Part shown: positions 1 through 9,140 of the stretch, piece by piece
How the letters are laid out: each line of letters opens with the position of its first letter
Numbering within the stretch: the first letter of the stretch is position 1
NCBI GenBank assembly: GCA_963727775.1
Contig: CAVSHB010000002.1
Location: 448,001-512,000, forward strand
From: an uncultured Nitrospiraceae bacterium
GTDB lineage: Bacteria > Nitrospirota > Thermodesulfovibrionia > Thermodesulfovibrionales > SM23-35
Direction of reading: 5' to 3'
Length of the DNA stretch: 64,000 nucleotides
Notes under the pieces: model-generated
Databases searched by the model: none
The model's input: only the letters and a program-made list of their open reading frames with translations
What the model was told of the DNA's origin: nothing
Position numbers and translations under genes: made by a program

Positions 1-223
1 CGGCCCTTGCCTCGTCCGGCATCCCGCGCTCGATGTATATCTTGCCGAGTGAAACACGGGCGCTCAAATATCCCGGCTGTCTTTCGAGGCCGCTGGTGAG
101 TACATCAATAGCCTCATCATACATCCCGGACTTTTTGTATTCTTCAGCTAAAGGTACAAACAGTTTTGAATTGGGGTCTTTTTCTATTTTTTCTTTCAGT
201 CTTTCGATTTCTTCAAGCGCCAT
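1..223 (-). CDS. Tetratricopeptide-repeat protein, N-terminal part (runs off the window start)
   Basis: Manual translation from ATG at 223: MALEEIERLKEKIEKDPNSKLFVPLAEEYKKSGMYDEAIDVLTSGLERQPGYLSARVSLGKIYIERG, a typical TPR helix pattern. Not in the ORF track because it is truncated. Confidence 0.8.
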   Translation of the reverse strand, partial: MALEEIERLKEKIEKDPNSKLFVPLAEEYKKSGMYDEAIDVLTSGLERQPGYLSARVSLGKIYIERGMPDEARA

Positions 224-259
224 AATATGACCAAATTTTCAATCAAATAGGGAAAAAAG

Positions 260-1450
260 TCAAGTTTTGATTTCAATCATCCTATCTAATATTGCGTCTG
301 CGACAGAATCTTTACTTAGAAGAGGAAGTTCCATTTCCTTTTTTTTATCAATAATAACGACCCTGTTTGTGTCGACGTCAAACCCTGAGCCGGGTTCCGT
401 GATATCATTGAATACGATCATATCCATGTTCTTTTCTTTTAATTTCTTTTTTGCATTTTCTATCTTACCGCCGGTCTCTGCCGCAAAGCCGATGATAAAA
501 GGCCTGTTTTTATTTTTGCTCGCTTCTGAGATAATATCGGTAGTATGTCTGAGCTGTAAGAGCAGCTCGCCGGTTTTTCTTATCTTTTCATGAGACATTT
601 CCAACGGCCCAAAATCGGACACTGCTGCAGACATTATTAAAACAGTCGATGAAGGCAGCTCATTGGTAACGGCATTCAACATACCTGCAGAAGTTTCTGT
701 AGAGATAAATTTCAGACCTTTGGGCCGGGGTAATGAAGACGGGCCGCTTATCAATGTTACATCGGCTCCTCTTCTTAATGCGGCCTTTGCAAGGGCGTAT
801 CCCATCTTGCCTGATGACCTGTTTGATAAAAACCTGACAGGGTCAAGGTATTCCCTTGTAGGGCCGGCGGTTACAAGTATTTTTTCTTTCAGCAGGTCTT
901 TGCCCGTGAGAGAAGACTTTATCGCTTCTATAATATCAGGGATGTCCGCTATCCTTCCAATGCCTTCTTCTCCGCATGCCAAAGGACCTTTTTCCGGGCC
1001 TACCTGAATAACGCCACGGGACCGAAGAGACTTCAGGTTGTCCTGCACAACGGGATTTTCATACATCCGCCAGTTCATTGCCGGGGCAATGACAATACTC
1101 CCGTTGAATGAAAGGAGGGCGGTGCTGAGAAAATCATCGGCAATGCCGTGAGCGAACTTCCCTATGATGTTCGCTGTGGCAGGAGCTATTACCAGGAGGT
1201 CGGCGCCGGCAGGCACTGCGATGTGTGACATCGGATCGGAGAACAGATCGGAATAGACTTTGTTTTGTGAAGCAACTTCGAGGGACAACTGTGTTACGAA
1301 ATTCCCGGCGGCCCCGGTCATGATTACAGTGACCGATGAGCCTTCTTCCCTGAGTCTCCGGGCTAAATCAATGGCTTTGTAAGCGGCGACCCCTCCTGTT
1401 ACTCCGAGGAGTATGGATTTATTCTTCAGTACCTTCCTCTTGTTTTTCAC
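260..1450 (-). CDS. coaBC: Bifunctional phosphopantothenoylcysteine decarboxylase/synthetase
   Basis: Motifs ILLGVTGGVAAYKA, APAMN and TAGPTREYLDPVRFLSNRSSGKMG. The GTG start at 1450 follows GGAAGG and overlaps the rpoZ 3' end; the start is uncertain (ORF open to 1495). Confidence 0.95.
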   Translation of the reverse strand: MKNKRKVLKNKSILLGVTGGVAAYKAIDLARRLREEGSSVTVIMTGAAGNFVTQLSLEVASQNKVYSDLFSDPMSHIAVPAGADLLVIAPATANIIGKFAHGIADDFLSTALLSFNGSIVIAPAMNWRMYENPVVQDNLKSLRSRGVIQVGPEKGPLACGEEGIGRIADIPDIIEAIKSSLTGKDLLKEKILVTAGPTREYLDPVRFLSNRSSGKMGYALAKAALRRGADVTLISGPSSLPRPKGLKFISTETSAGMLNAVTNELPSSTVLIMSAAVSDFGPLEMSHEKIRKTGELLLQLRHTTDIISEASKNKNRPFIIGFAAETGGKIENAKKKLKEKNMDMIVFNDITEPGSGFDVDTNRVVIIDKKKEMELPLLSKDSVADAILDRMIEIKT

Positions 1451-1817
1451 TGAAGAGACCTTCCAGCGCTTTTTTGTCAAGTGTCTCTTTTTCATGGAGA
1501 TAGACCTTCAGGTCTTTCTCGAACTCTGTAAGGTCCTCGCCCGTCATTTCCCTCTTCTTCTCCTCGAGAAGTTTCCTATAATCAAATTTTTTAGAATCTT
1601 CTTTTGCTTTTAAGGCTTCTTCACCGATCAGGAATTCGATGGTATTGCCTATTGTTTCTTCGAGGGCTATGGTCGAAATTTTTCTTGCCTTTGTTTTGAC
1701 CCTCGGGGCAGCGCCTACAGCGAGTTCCTTTGCCCTCTGAGCTGCTATGGCTATAATCCTGAATCTCCCGTCTATCTTGTTGCGGTCATATTCAACCGGT
1801 AAAGAAATAATATCCAT
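1419..1817 (-). CDS. rpoZ: RNA polymerase omega subunit with charged C-terminal extension
   Basis: IDGRFRIIAIAAQRAKEL...IALEE motif; conserved gmk-rpoZ-coaBC order. Confidence 0.88.
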   Translation of the reverse strand: MDIISLPVEYDRNKIDGRFRIIAIAAQRAKELAVGAAPRVKTKARKISTIALEETIGNTIEFLIGEEALKAKEDSKKFDYRKLLEEKKREMTGEDLTEFEKDLKVYLHEKETLDKKALEGLFSEKQEEGTEE

Positions 1818-1819
1818 GC

Positions 1820-2452
1820 TTATACTTCCTCCTGTTTTAAAAACCTTTCTTCGATCCAGAATGGATTGATTTTTTTAGTGCTGGCCCTATGCGAAATTAT
1901 TATCGCCTCAAATTCTCTGAGCGCATCCTCAAGGCGGTCATTAATTATAACATAATCGTACTTCGGGTAGGTTTTTATTTCTGCTACGGCCCTTTTAATC
2001 CTTTTTTCTATCTCCTTTGTCGAATCGGTCATCCTTTGTTCAAGTCTTTGTTTCAATACCTCCATAGAGGGAGGAAGAACGAAAACGTATGTCCCCATTG
2101 CAAACTTCTCTTTGATCTGCATGGCGCCCTGTGTATCAATATCCAGAATGACATCGTTTCCGGAATCCATAAGCTCTTCAAGACGGTTCCGTGAGGTGCC
2201 GTAAAGCTCACCATGCACTTCCGCCCACTCGATAAAACCACCCCTGTCTGCCATCGACCTGAAATCTTCCCTGCTTATGAAGGTATAGTCCCTGTCGTTT
2301 ACTTCACCTTGCCGGGGCTGCCTAGTTGTATAAGAGACGGAAAACCTTAATTGAGGCATGGACGAAACCAGTTTCCTGCATAAAGAAGTCTTGCCGGCCC
2401 CGGAAGGAGCAGAGACCACAAACAGGCTCCCTTTACTCTTCTTCTCCTGCAA
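1820..2452 (-). CDS. gmk: Guanylate kinase
   Basis: [11 protein letters not shown]-loop, [20 protein letters not shown]. Confidence 0.97.
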   Translation of the reverse strand: MQEKKSKGSLFVVSAPSGAGKTSLCRKLVSSMPQLRFSVSYTTRQPRQGEVNDRDYTFISREDFRSMADRGGFIEWAEVHGELYGTSRNRLEELMDSGNDVILDIDTQGAMQIKEKFAMGTYVFVLPPSMEVLKQRLEQRMTDSTKEIEKRIKRAVAEIKTYPKYDYVIINDRLEDALREFEAIIISHRASTKKINPFWIEERFLKQEEV

Positions 2453-2717
2453 ATGAATCCTTTCCTTCGAAGAATCTCTGAGTAATCGTCTCTGCCTGGA
2501 TTGCGGACAATATAATGTGGTTACTGTCCGTTATTATGATCGAGCGTGTACGCCTTCCCTCGGTTGCATCGATTAATCTCCCTGCCTTCTTTGCTTCTTC
2601 ACGTAATCTTTTCATCGGTGCTGAACCAGGAGTGACAATCGCAACAACCTTGGAGGCAGCCACAACATTGCCGAACCCGATATTAACGAGCACCGGACTG
2701 AGGTCACCTTTTTTCAT
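2433..2717 (-). CDS. remA: DUF370/RemA family protein
   Basis: [10 protein letters not shown]...[25 protein letters not shown]; typical yicC-remA-gmk context. Confidence 0.9.
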   Translation of the reverse strand: MKKGDLSPVLVNIGFGNVVAASKVVAIVTPGSAPMKRLREEAKKAGRLIDATEGRRTRSIIITDSNHIILSAIQAETITQRFFEGKDSFAGEEE

Positions 2718-2761
2718 TGTTTACATCCTTTCATTTGACATGTGTCGGAGTGAGCGTTTTT

Positions 2762-3610
2762 TTACTGTATATTCTGTATCTGTTCCCTGATCTTTTCGAG
2801 TTCTGTTTTCATTTCAACCGCAAGTTTAGATATGGAATAATCATTCGACTTATAACTTAATGTGTTCACTTCTCTGCTGATCTCCTGGAGAAGGAAATCG
2901 AGTTTCTTACCAATTATATCACCGTGAGTAAAAATCTCCAAAAACTGTTTTAAATGGTTTTCTATCCTGTTTATTTCTTCTGATATGTCAAGTTTTTCTG
3001 CCATGATCGCGGTTTCCTGAAGTATCCTGTTATTGTCTATAACTCCGGGATCGAGTAGTGAATTCAATTTTTCGACAAATTGCTCTTTCCATTTTATAGC
3101 CTCTTCAGGCGCAATGGATTTTATCTGTTTGTGCATGCCCTCGAGCAAATCCAATCTTTTTCTGATATCCTCCGTAAGAAGAGCGCCTTCTTTGGTCCTC
3201 ATCTCATCGAGGCGAGAAACAGCGGTATGGAATGCGGCGTACAAGGCTTCAGTGTTGTATTTCGGCTCTTCTTCTACAAAGATTTCACGATAGTCTTTAA
3301 AGGTTTCTATAGTTATATCCCCGGGTAGCCCGAGTTCCTTTTGTAAATTCCGTAAAGCGTCATAAATGTTTTGCGCCAGTTCTTTATTTATTTTCAACTG
3401 CGTTGCTTTGCCCGCTGCTACCGAGATGAAAACATCAAATCTACCCCTCTGAAACCGCTCCTTCAGAATATTTCTCAAAGGGATTTCATACTGACCCATA
3501 AGTTGAGGCATCTTCACTGAGATGTCGATAAACCTGTGGTTTAAAGAGCGAATCTCGACTGTAAAGTCGTCACTGGCAGCGCTGCCAAACCCTGTCATGC
3601 TCTGTATCAT
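2762..3610 (-). CDS. yicC: YicC/YloC family endoribonuclease
   Basis: MIQSMTGFG, EIRSLNHRF, GKKLDFLLQEISREVNTL, EKIREQIQNIQ. Confidence 0.95.
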   Translation of the reverse strand: MIQSMTGFGSAASDDFTVEIRSLNHRFIDISVKMPQLMGQYEIPLRNILKERFQRGRFDVFISVAAGKATQLKINKELAQNIYDALRNLQKELGLPGDITIETFKDYREIFVEEEPKYNTEALYAAFHTAVSRLDEMRTKEGALLTEDIRKRLDLLEGMHKQIKSIAPEEAIKWKEQFVEKLNSLLDPGVIDNNRILQETAIMAEKLDISEEINRIENHLKQFLEIFTHGDIIGKKLDFLLQEISREVNTLSYKSNDYSISKLAVEMKTELEKIREQIQNIQ

Positions 3611-3618
3611 ACAGTTAA

Positions 3619-3647
3619 ACTATAAAAAAGTTAGATAAATTAGTCAA
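3619..3647 (-). promoter_or_regulatory. Sigma70-type promoter for yicC (probably leaderless)
   Basis: Minus strand TTGACT-17 nt-TATAGT, ending 8 nt before the yicC ATG. Confidence 0.6.
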
Positions 3648-3736
3648 TGAAAGTAAGCAATAACAAGCAACAGCTTGCAAAATGAACTAATAATTGGATA
3701 AAATGAGTTTTGTAAAACTGCTTTGGAGGGACTGAA

Positions 3737-4312
3737 ATGGCTGAAATGATGGAAATAAGATGGCATGGAAGAGGAGGTCAGGGAACGGTTACCGCAGCCA
3801 AGGTGCTTGCAGACGCCTGTCTGAGCGGGGGAAGGCATGTACAGGCATTCCCTGAATACGGTCCCGAGAGGGCCGGAGCTCCGCTAAAAGCATATAACCG
3901 GATCAGTGCAAAGGAACTCAGGATGCACTGTCCTGTTCTCAATCCGCAGGTTGTCAGTGTGGTGGATGCAACATTGCTTGATGGAATTAATGTTGCTGAA
4001 GGTGCTACAGAAGATGCGATATTTGTTGTGAACACATCAAAGGACCCGAAGGAGATAAGGGCAAAGCTGAATGTGGGGCCAAAGCAGAAGGTCTTTACCG
4101 TTGACGCGACAAAGATTGCAGTAGATTGCATCGGAAGGGCTCTGCCAAATGCCCCTATGCTTGGGACCATATGTAAGGTGACAGGTATCGTAACCCTTGA
4201 GCACCTCCTTGAAGATGTCAAAAAAAGCTTTGGCAAGAAATTTTCACAAAAAATAATCGATGGCAACCTCGAAGCAACAAAGCGTGGATACGAGGAGGTA
4301 AAAGAAGGATGA
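3737..4312 (+). CDS. porC: Pyruvate/2-oxoacid:ferredoxin oxidoreductase gamma subunit
   Basis: EIRWHGRGGQG, FPEYGPERAGAP. Confidence 0.93.
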   Translation: MAEMMEIRWHGRGGQGTVTAAKVLADACLSGGRHVQAFPEYGPERAGAPLKAYNRISAKELRMHCPVLNPQVVSVVDATLLDGINVAEGATEDAIFVVNTSKDPKEIRAKLNVGPKQKVFTVDATKIAVDCIGRALPNAPMLGTICKVTGIVTLEHLLEDVKKSFGKKFSQKIIDGNLEATKRGYEEVKEG

Positions 4313-4602
4313 AACTCAAGGGATGGAAAGAAGTGAATCCGGGCGCTGTCATTACCGAGGCAGGCAGTGCAGTAAAGTTTAAAACAGGGTCATGGAGGTC
4401 TTCAAAGCCGGTTTGGATAGAAGAGAATTGCATACAATGTCTTTTCTGCTGGATTTACTGTCCTGATATGGCTGTTAAAGTAAAGGACGGCAAGAGAGCT
4501 GAATTTGACTATGAATATTGCAAGGGCTGTGGGATTTGCGCACTTGAATGCCCGGGGAAGAAAGGCAAGAAAGCAATCGTTATGGTAGAGGAGGGCAAAT
4601 AA
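4309..4602 (+). CDS. porD: Pyruvate/2-oxoacid:ferredoxin oxidoreductase delta subunit (2x[4Fe-4S])
   Basis: KTGSWR, CIQCLFCWIYCP, CKGCGICALECP. Confidence 0.93.
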   Translation: MKLKGWKEVNPGAVITEAGSAVKFKTGSWRSSKPVWIEENCIQCLFCWIYCPDMAVKVKDGKRAEFDYEYCKGCGICALECPGKKGKKAIVMVEEGK

Positions 4603-5783
4603 TGGGTAAAATTGTTGCCGTAACCGGGAATGAGGCGGTTGCAAATGCTCTCAGGCAGATAAACCCTGATGTCTGTGCAATGTATCCTATTACCCCTGCG
4701 ACTGAGATGATGCAGAGATTTTCAAGTTTTGTATCAGATGGCCTGGTAAAGACAGAACTTATTCTTGTTGAGAGCGAGCACAGTGCAATGAGTTCCTGTG
4801 TCGGCGCGTCTGCTGCCGGCGGAAGGGTCATTACTGGGACTTCATCTCAGGGACTTGCCCTTATGTGGGAGATATTATTTATTGCCTCAGGCACAAGACT
4901 TCCTATCGTTATGCCTGTAGTTAACCGAGCCCTGTCAGCCCCATTGAATATCCATGGTGACCATTCTGATGCAATGGGTGCCAGAGATACGGGATGGATA
5001 CAACTATGGTCTGAGAATGCACAGGAGGCATATGATAATGCTATTCAGGCGTTCCGTATTGCTGAACATATGGATATACGGCTTCCCATAATGGTCTGTA
5101 TGGATGGTTTTATCATAAGTCATTCTATAGAGAGGATACAGTATCTGGAGGATGAGGAGGTTAAAAAGTTTGTCGGTGAGTTCAGGCAGCTGAACCCTTT
5201 GCTGGACATAGAGCATCCGATCAGTTACGGACCTCTGATACTTACCGACTATTACATGGAATACAGAAAAGCACAGGCTGAGGTTGCGTCAAAGGTTTCC
5301 GGGATCGTGCTGGATGTTGCCCGGGAATTTGAGAAACTATCAGGAAGAAAATACGATTTATTCGAGACATACAGGCTCGAAGATGCAGAAATAGGGCTTG
5401 TCATCCTCAACTCTGCAGCCGGCACCTCGAAGGATGTGGTTGATGAATTCAGAAATAGGGGGATTAAGGCAGGACTCTTAAAGCCCAGGCTGTACCGGCC
5501 GTTCCCATATAAGGAAATAGGAGAAGCATTGAAACACCTGAAGGCTCTCTGCGTGCTGGACAGGGCTGATGCCTTTGGCGGTTCCTTTGGTCCGGTAATG
5601 TTAGACATCGCTACAAGCCTCTCCCCTTACAAGGAGAAGCCTGTACTGATAAATAAAATATACGGACTCGGTGGAAGGGATTATCTGCCTGAGCATGCAG
5701 AACTTGTTCTCAACGAACTTATCGGGATAGCAAAGACAGGGACAGTCAAGAGCTATAAGGAATACATAGGAGTGAGGGAATAA
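4602..5783 (+). CDS. porA: Pyruvate/2-oxoacid:ferredoxin oxidoreductase alpha subunit
   Basis: TGNEAVA, YPITP, ESEHSAMS, VVNRALSAP. The ATG at 4602 overlaps the porD stop (TAATG). Confidence 0.95.
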   Translation: MGKIVAVTGNEAVANALRQINPDVCAMYPITPATEMMQRFSSFVSDGLVKTELILVESEHSAMSSCVGASAAGGRVITGTSSQGLALMWEILFIASGTRLPIVMPVVNRALSAPLNIHGDHSDAMGARDTGWIQLWSENAQEAYDNAIQAFRIAEHMDIRLPIMVCMDGFIISHSIERIQYLEDEEVKKFVGEFRQLNPLLDIEHPISYGPLILTDYYMEYRKAQAEVASKVSGIVLDVAREFEKLSGRKYDLFETYRLEDAEIGLVILNSAAGTSKDVVDEFRNRGIKAGLLKPRLYRPFPYKEIGEALKHLKALCVLDRADAFGGSFGPVMLDIATSLSPYKEKPVLINKIYGLGGRDYLPEHAELVLNELIGIAKTGTVKSYKEYIGVRE

Positions 5784-5784
5784 C

Positions 5785-6720
5785 ATGGGAAAACTTACTT
5801 TAAAAGAACTTACCAAGAAAGAAATTCGGATATCATCCGGGCACAGATTATGCGCCGGCTGCGGCGCCCCTACAGTCGTAAAAATGGTCCTCCTTGCGAT
5901 CGATTATCCTGTGATTGCAGCAAACGCAACAGGGTGTCTCGAGGTTTCAAGCTGCATATCCGATTACACAGCATGGAAGATTCCCTGGATTCACAATGCA
6001 TTTGAAAATGCTGCTGCCACCCTCTCCGGTGTTGAGACAATGTACAGGTCTTTGAAAAAGCAGGGCAAGATAACCAAGGAAATAAAGTTCATTGCCTTTG
6101 GTGGTGATGGTGGAACATATGATATAGGCCTGCAGAGCCTTTCCGGTGCTATGGAGCGTGGGCATGACATGCTCTATATCTGTTATGACAACGGCGCATA
6201 TATGAATACCGGCATCCAGCGTTCAAGTGCAACGCCTTTTGGCGCTGATACCACAACCAGGCCTGCGGGCAGCGTCGTACAGGGCAAGTCCGAACAGAGG
6301 AAGAACCTGACAAAGATCATGGCAGCCCACAACATTCCCTATGCAGCCCAGGCTTCTCCAAGCCACTGGATGGACCTCATGAAAAAGGTGCAGAAGGCAA
6401 TGGAGATCAATGGCCCGAAATTCATGAATATCATTTCCCCCTGTAACCGGGGATGGAGATCGAGGACCGATGATGCGATACTGTTAAGCAGGCTTGCGGT
6501 AGAGACATGCTATTGGCCGCTGTATGAGATAGAGAACGGCGTCACAAAGATCACATTTAAGCCGAAAGAGAAAAAATCTATTATAGACTTTCTTAAACCG
6601 CAGGGGAGATTCAAACATCTTTTCAAACCTGAAAATGAAGGACTATTAACAAGAATTCAGGAAGAGATAGACAGAGAATGGAACAGACTGCAAAAGGAGG
6701 AATCCTGTTTTGCATCTTGA
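5785..6720 (+). CDS. porB: Pyruvate/2-oxoacid:ferredoxin oxidoreductase beta subunit (TPP-binding)
   Basis: GHRLCAGCG, GGDGGTYDIG, YMNTGIQRS. Confidence 0.95.
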   Translation: MGKLTLKELTKKEIRISSGHRLCAGCGAPTVVKMVLLAIDYPVIAANATGCLEVSSCISDYTAWKIPWIHNAFENAAATLSGVETMYRSLKKQGKITKEIKFIAFGGDGGTYDIGLQSLSGAMERGHDMLYICYDNGAYMNTGIQRSSATPFGADTTTRPAGSVVQGKSEQRKNLTKIMAAHNIPYAAQASPSHWMDLMKKVQKAMEINGPKFMNIISPCNRGWRSRTDDAILLSRLAVETCYWPLYEIENGVTKITFKPKEKKSIIDFLKPQGRFKHLFKPENEGLLTRIQEEIDREWNRLQKEESCFAS

Positions 6721-6746
6721 TTATAAGATATTGGTTGTGATAGATT
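6717..6746 (+). promoter_or_regulatory. Sigma70-type extended -10 promoter for mglBA
   Basis: TTGATT-18 nt-TAGATT with TG at the extended -10 position; the mglB ATG is 7 nt downstream and has no SD. Confidence 0.45.
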
Positions 6747-6753
6747 TTATGCC

Positions 6754-7248
6754 ATGACAGGTTCCGACCTTGTTATGTATGAAGAGGAGTTCCGGAAGAT
6801 CGATTCGGAGCTCCAGAAACTGCATCAGCAGTCAAACGCGAAGGTAGTCTTCCTGGTCGACAAAAACGGCCAGCTCATAGCATCCGCCGGCGAAACGCAT
6901 GATATCGACACTACATCGCTTGCATCTCTCACTGCCGGTAATATAGCTGCAACCGGTGGGATCGCAAGGCTTTTGGGAGAAAAGGAATTTACTATCCTCT
7001 TTCATGAAGGCGAGAAGGACAATATCCATATCTCTTTGATAGGACAAAGGATCATCCTCGTAGTTATATTCGACAGCAGGTCTTCATTAGGGTTGGTCAG
7101 GCTGCGTGTTAAGAAGGCGTCTGAATCGTTGGCAAGGATATTTGAGGAAATCACCCAAAAGGTTGAAAAAGACAAAGGTGAAGGAAAACTGGATGAATCT
7201 ATCTTTGCAGAAATCAGTGATGAAGATATTGATAACCTTTTCAGGTAG
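6754..7248 (+). CDS. mglB: Roadblock/LC7 GTPase-activating protein MglB
   Basis: LVMYEEEF, FLVDKNGQLIA, SLASLTAGNIAATGG, FAEISDEDIDNLF; directly upstream of mglA. Confidence 0.93.
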   Translation: MTGSDLVMYEEEFRKIDSELQKLHQQSNAKVVFLVDKNGQLIASAGETHDIDTTSLASLTAGNIAATGGIARLLGEKEFTILFHEGEKDNIHISLIGQRIILVVIFDSRSSLGLVRLRVKKASESLARIFEEITQKVEKDKGEGKLDESIFAEISDEDIDNLFR

Positions 7249-7260
7249 GGTGCCTCTTAA

Positions 7261-7848
7261 GTGTCTTTTATAAATTATTCCTCGCGTGAGATCAACTGCA
7301 AAATTGTTTATTACGGACCCGGACTTTGCGGAAAAACCACAAACCTCCAGTATATTTACAGGAGGACAAATCCGGACCAGAAGGGGAAACTCATATCCCT
7401 TGCGACAGAGACCGAGAGGACGCTTTTTTTTGATTTCCTGCCTATAGCCCTTGGTGATATTAAGGGCTTCAAGATTCGGTTCCATCTTTATACGGTCCCC
7501 GGACAAGTCTTTTATGCCGCCAGCAGAAAGCTCATTCTCAAGGGCGTTGACGGTGTTGTTTTTGTTGCGGACAGCCAGATAGAGAGGATGGAGTCCAATA
7601 TGGAGAGCCTCGATGACCTGAAGATAAATCTTTCGGAACAAGGGTATGAAGTTGAAAAATTGCCGTTTACGATGCAGTACAACAAGAGAGACCTCCCGAA
7701 TGTGGTGCCTTTTGATGATATGGACAAACTATTGAATTCCCGGAGGCTGCCATACTTTGAAGCGGTTGCCGTTTCAGGAAAAGGTGTTTTCGAAACACTT
7801 AAATCCGTTGCCAAACAGGTCCTTTTCGAGCTGAAGAAACACTATTAA
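7261..7848 (+). CDS. mglA: Small GTPase MglA
   Basis: SFINYSSREINCKIVYYGPGLCGKTTNL, ETERTLFFDFLP, YTVPGQVFY, NKRD. Confidence 0.96.
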   Translation: MSFINYSSREINCKIVYYGPGLCGKTTNLQYIYRRTNPDQKGKLISLATETERTLFFDFLPIALGDIKGFKIRFHLYTVPGQVFYAASRKLILKGVDGVVFVADSQIERMESNMESLDDLKINLSEQGYEVEKLPFTMQYNKRDLPNVVPFDDMDKLLNSRRLPYFEAVAVSGKGVFETLKSVAKQVLFELKKHY

Positions 7849-7875
7849 CCAAGTTGTATTGGAGAGGAGGCAGAC

Positions 7876-8283
7876 GTAGAGATTAAAATTTCATTCCCCG
7901 GCGGTAAAAAAGTCAACGCAGAAATGGACGGATTTATTATTTATACAGACCAGCCTCCAAAGTATGGCGGAGACGGTTCGGCGCCTTCTCCCTTTGACCA
8001 CTTTCTTGCATCTATCGGGACGTGCGCCGGCATTTACGTCCTAAGCTTTTGCCAGGAGCGAAAAATTCCTTCTGAACATATTTCCCTTGTCCAGCGCCTT
8101 GAATATGGAAAGACACCGGAAGGGAAGACATTTATCGAGAAGATTGTTATTGATATCATTGTGCCCCCCGGCTTCCCGGAGAAGTACCACAAAGCCTTAA
8201 TAAAGGTGGCAGATAAGTGCGCGGTAAAAAAGGCCATTATGAACCCACCGGTTTTTGAAGTAAGCACAACGGTAAAGAATTAG
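7876..8283 (+). CDS. OsmC family protein
   Basis: TDQP...GSAPSPFDHFLASIGTCAG and DKCAVKK. The reading frame extends upstream of ATG 7924 as (V)EIKISFPGGKKVNAE, starting at GTA 7876 after a GGAGG SD. Confidence 0.85.
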   Translation, partial: VEIKISFPGGKKVNAEMDGFIIYTDQPPKYGGDGSAPSPFDHFLASIGTCAGIYVLSFCQERKIPSEHISLVQRLEYGKTPEGKTFIEKIVIDIIVPPGFPEKYHKALIKVADKCAVKKAIMNPPVFEVSTTVKN

Positions 8284-8323
8284 CGATTGATTTTCTACCC
8301 GGACCTTATGGTTTATGAAAAAT

Positions 8324-8438
8324 ACCAACAATGGGGGACACAGTATTTTCGCTCATTCTCGGGCTGTCGCCCTCCGAGGTAAATTCTTTCTTCGAAAGAA
8401 TTTAAAACCGCTCAAATACTGTGTCCCCCATTGTTGGT
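8324..8438. repeat. Palindromic intergenic element with 25-bp perfect inverted arms (MITE/REP-like)
   Basis: ACCAACAATGGGGGACACAGTATTT (8324-8348) and its exact reverse complement (8414-8438), enclosing two internal hairpins. Confidence 0.8.
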
Positions 8439-8558
8439 TACGGAAAATTGCCTTAACTCAAAAACTGCAAATAGAGAAATGTACCGATGAATATCGGGAT
8501 TGTGAAGAAATTATTTTTCGATACATTATCTGCATTTTTCGGGTTATACTAAACTGCG

Positions 8559-9140
8559 ATGAATATAGGATTGTGCGGTAGCCACAGAACAGGCAAAACT
8601 ACGCTGGCGGAAGCGATTTCCAGAAAAACCGGGATGCCGTTTGTTAAAACCGGCACTTCAGAGGTATTTAAAGAAAATGGGTTGGATCCGTCCGGACCAA
8701 TGGATTTCAAACAAAGGATCTGGATCCAGCATAAAATACTGGATGCCGCGGAGAAACTGTGGCATGCCGGGCAAAAACAATTTATTACCGACAGAACGCC
8801 TTTAGATATGGCTGCCTATACCCTCGCAGATATCCAGGGGGCCACAGATGTAGATTTTATCGAATTGGAAAAATACCTTGAACGCTGTTTCAAAACTACT
8901 AATGAGTTGTTTAATATACTTGTGCTGATACAGCCGGGCATACCCCTTATGCACGAAGAAGGTAAAGCCGCTTTGAACGAGGGCTATGTCGAACACTTAA
9001 ACTACCTCATCCTTGGTCTTTGTAACGATGACCGCATTCAAAGCAGGTTTGTATTTTTAAGGCGTAATGTCACGGGTATAGAAGATCGAATTGCTTTGAT
9101 ACTAAACGAGCTTGACAGAATTAAGGATAAGAAGTGTTAA
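8559..9140 (+). CDS. AAA_28-like (NadR/Ttd14-type) P-loop nucleotide kinase; candidate thymidylate kinase substitute
   Basis: N-terminal GLCGSHRTGKTTL P-loop and FITDRTPLD motif; overlaps the holB start. Confidence 0.75.
   Translation: MNIGLCGSHRTGKTTLAEAISRKTGMPFVKTGTSEVFKENGLDPSGPMDFKQRIWIQHKILDAAEKLWHAGQKQFITDRTPLDMAAYTLADIQGATDVDFIELEKYLERCFKTTNELFNILVLIQPGIPLMHEEGKAALNEGYVEHLNYLILGLCNDDRIQSRFVFLRRNVTGIEDRIALILNELDRIKDKKC

Noticed and set aside
8315..8581. 88-aa ORF upstream of the AAA_28 gene
   Set aside because: It spans the palindromic element and the putative promoter and has no recognisable motif.
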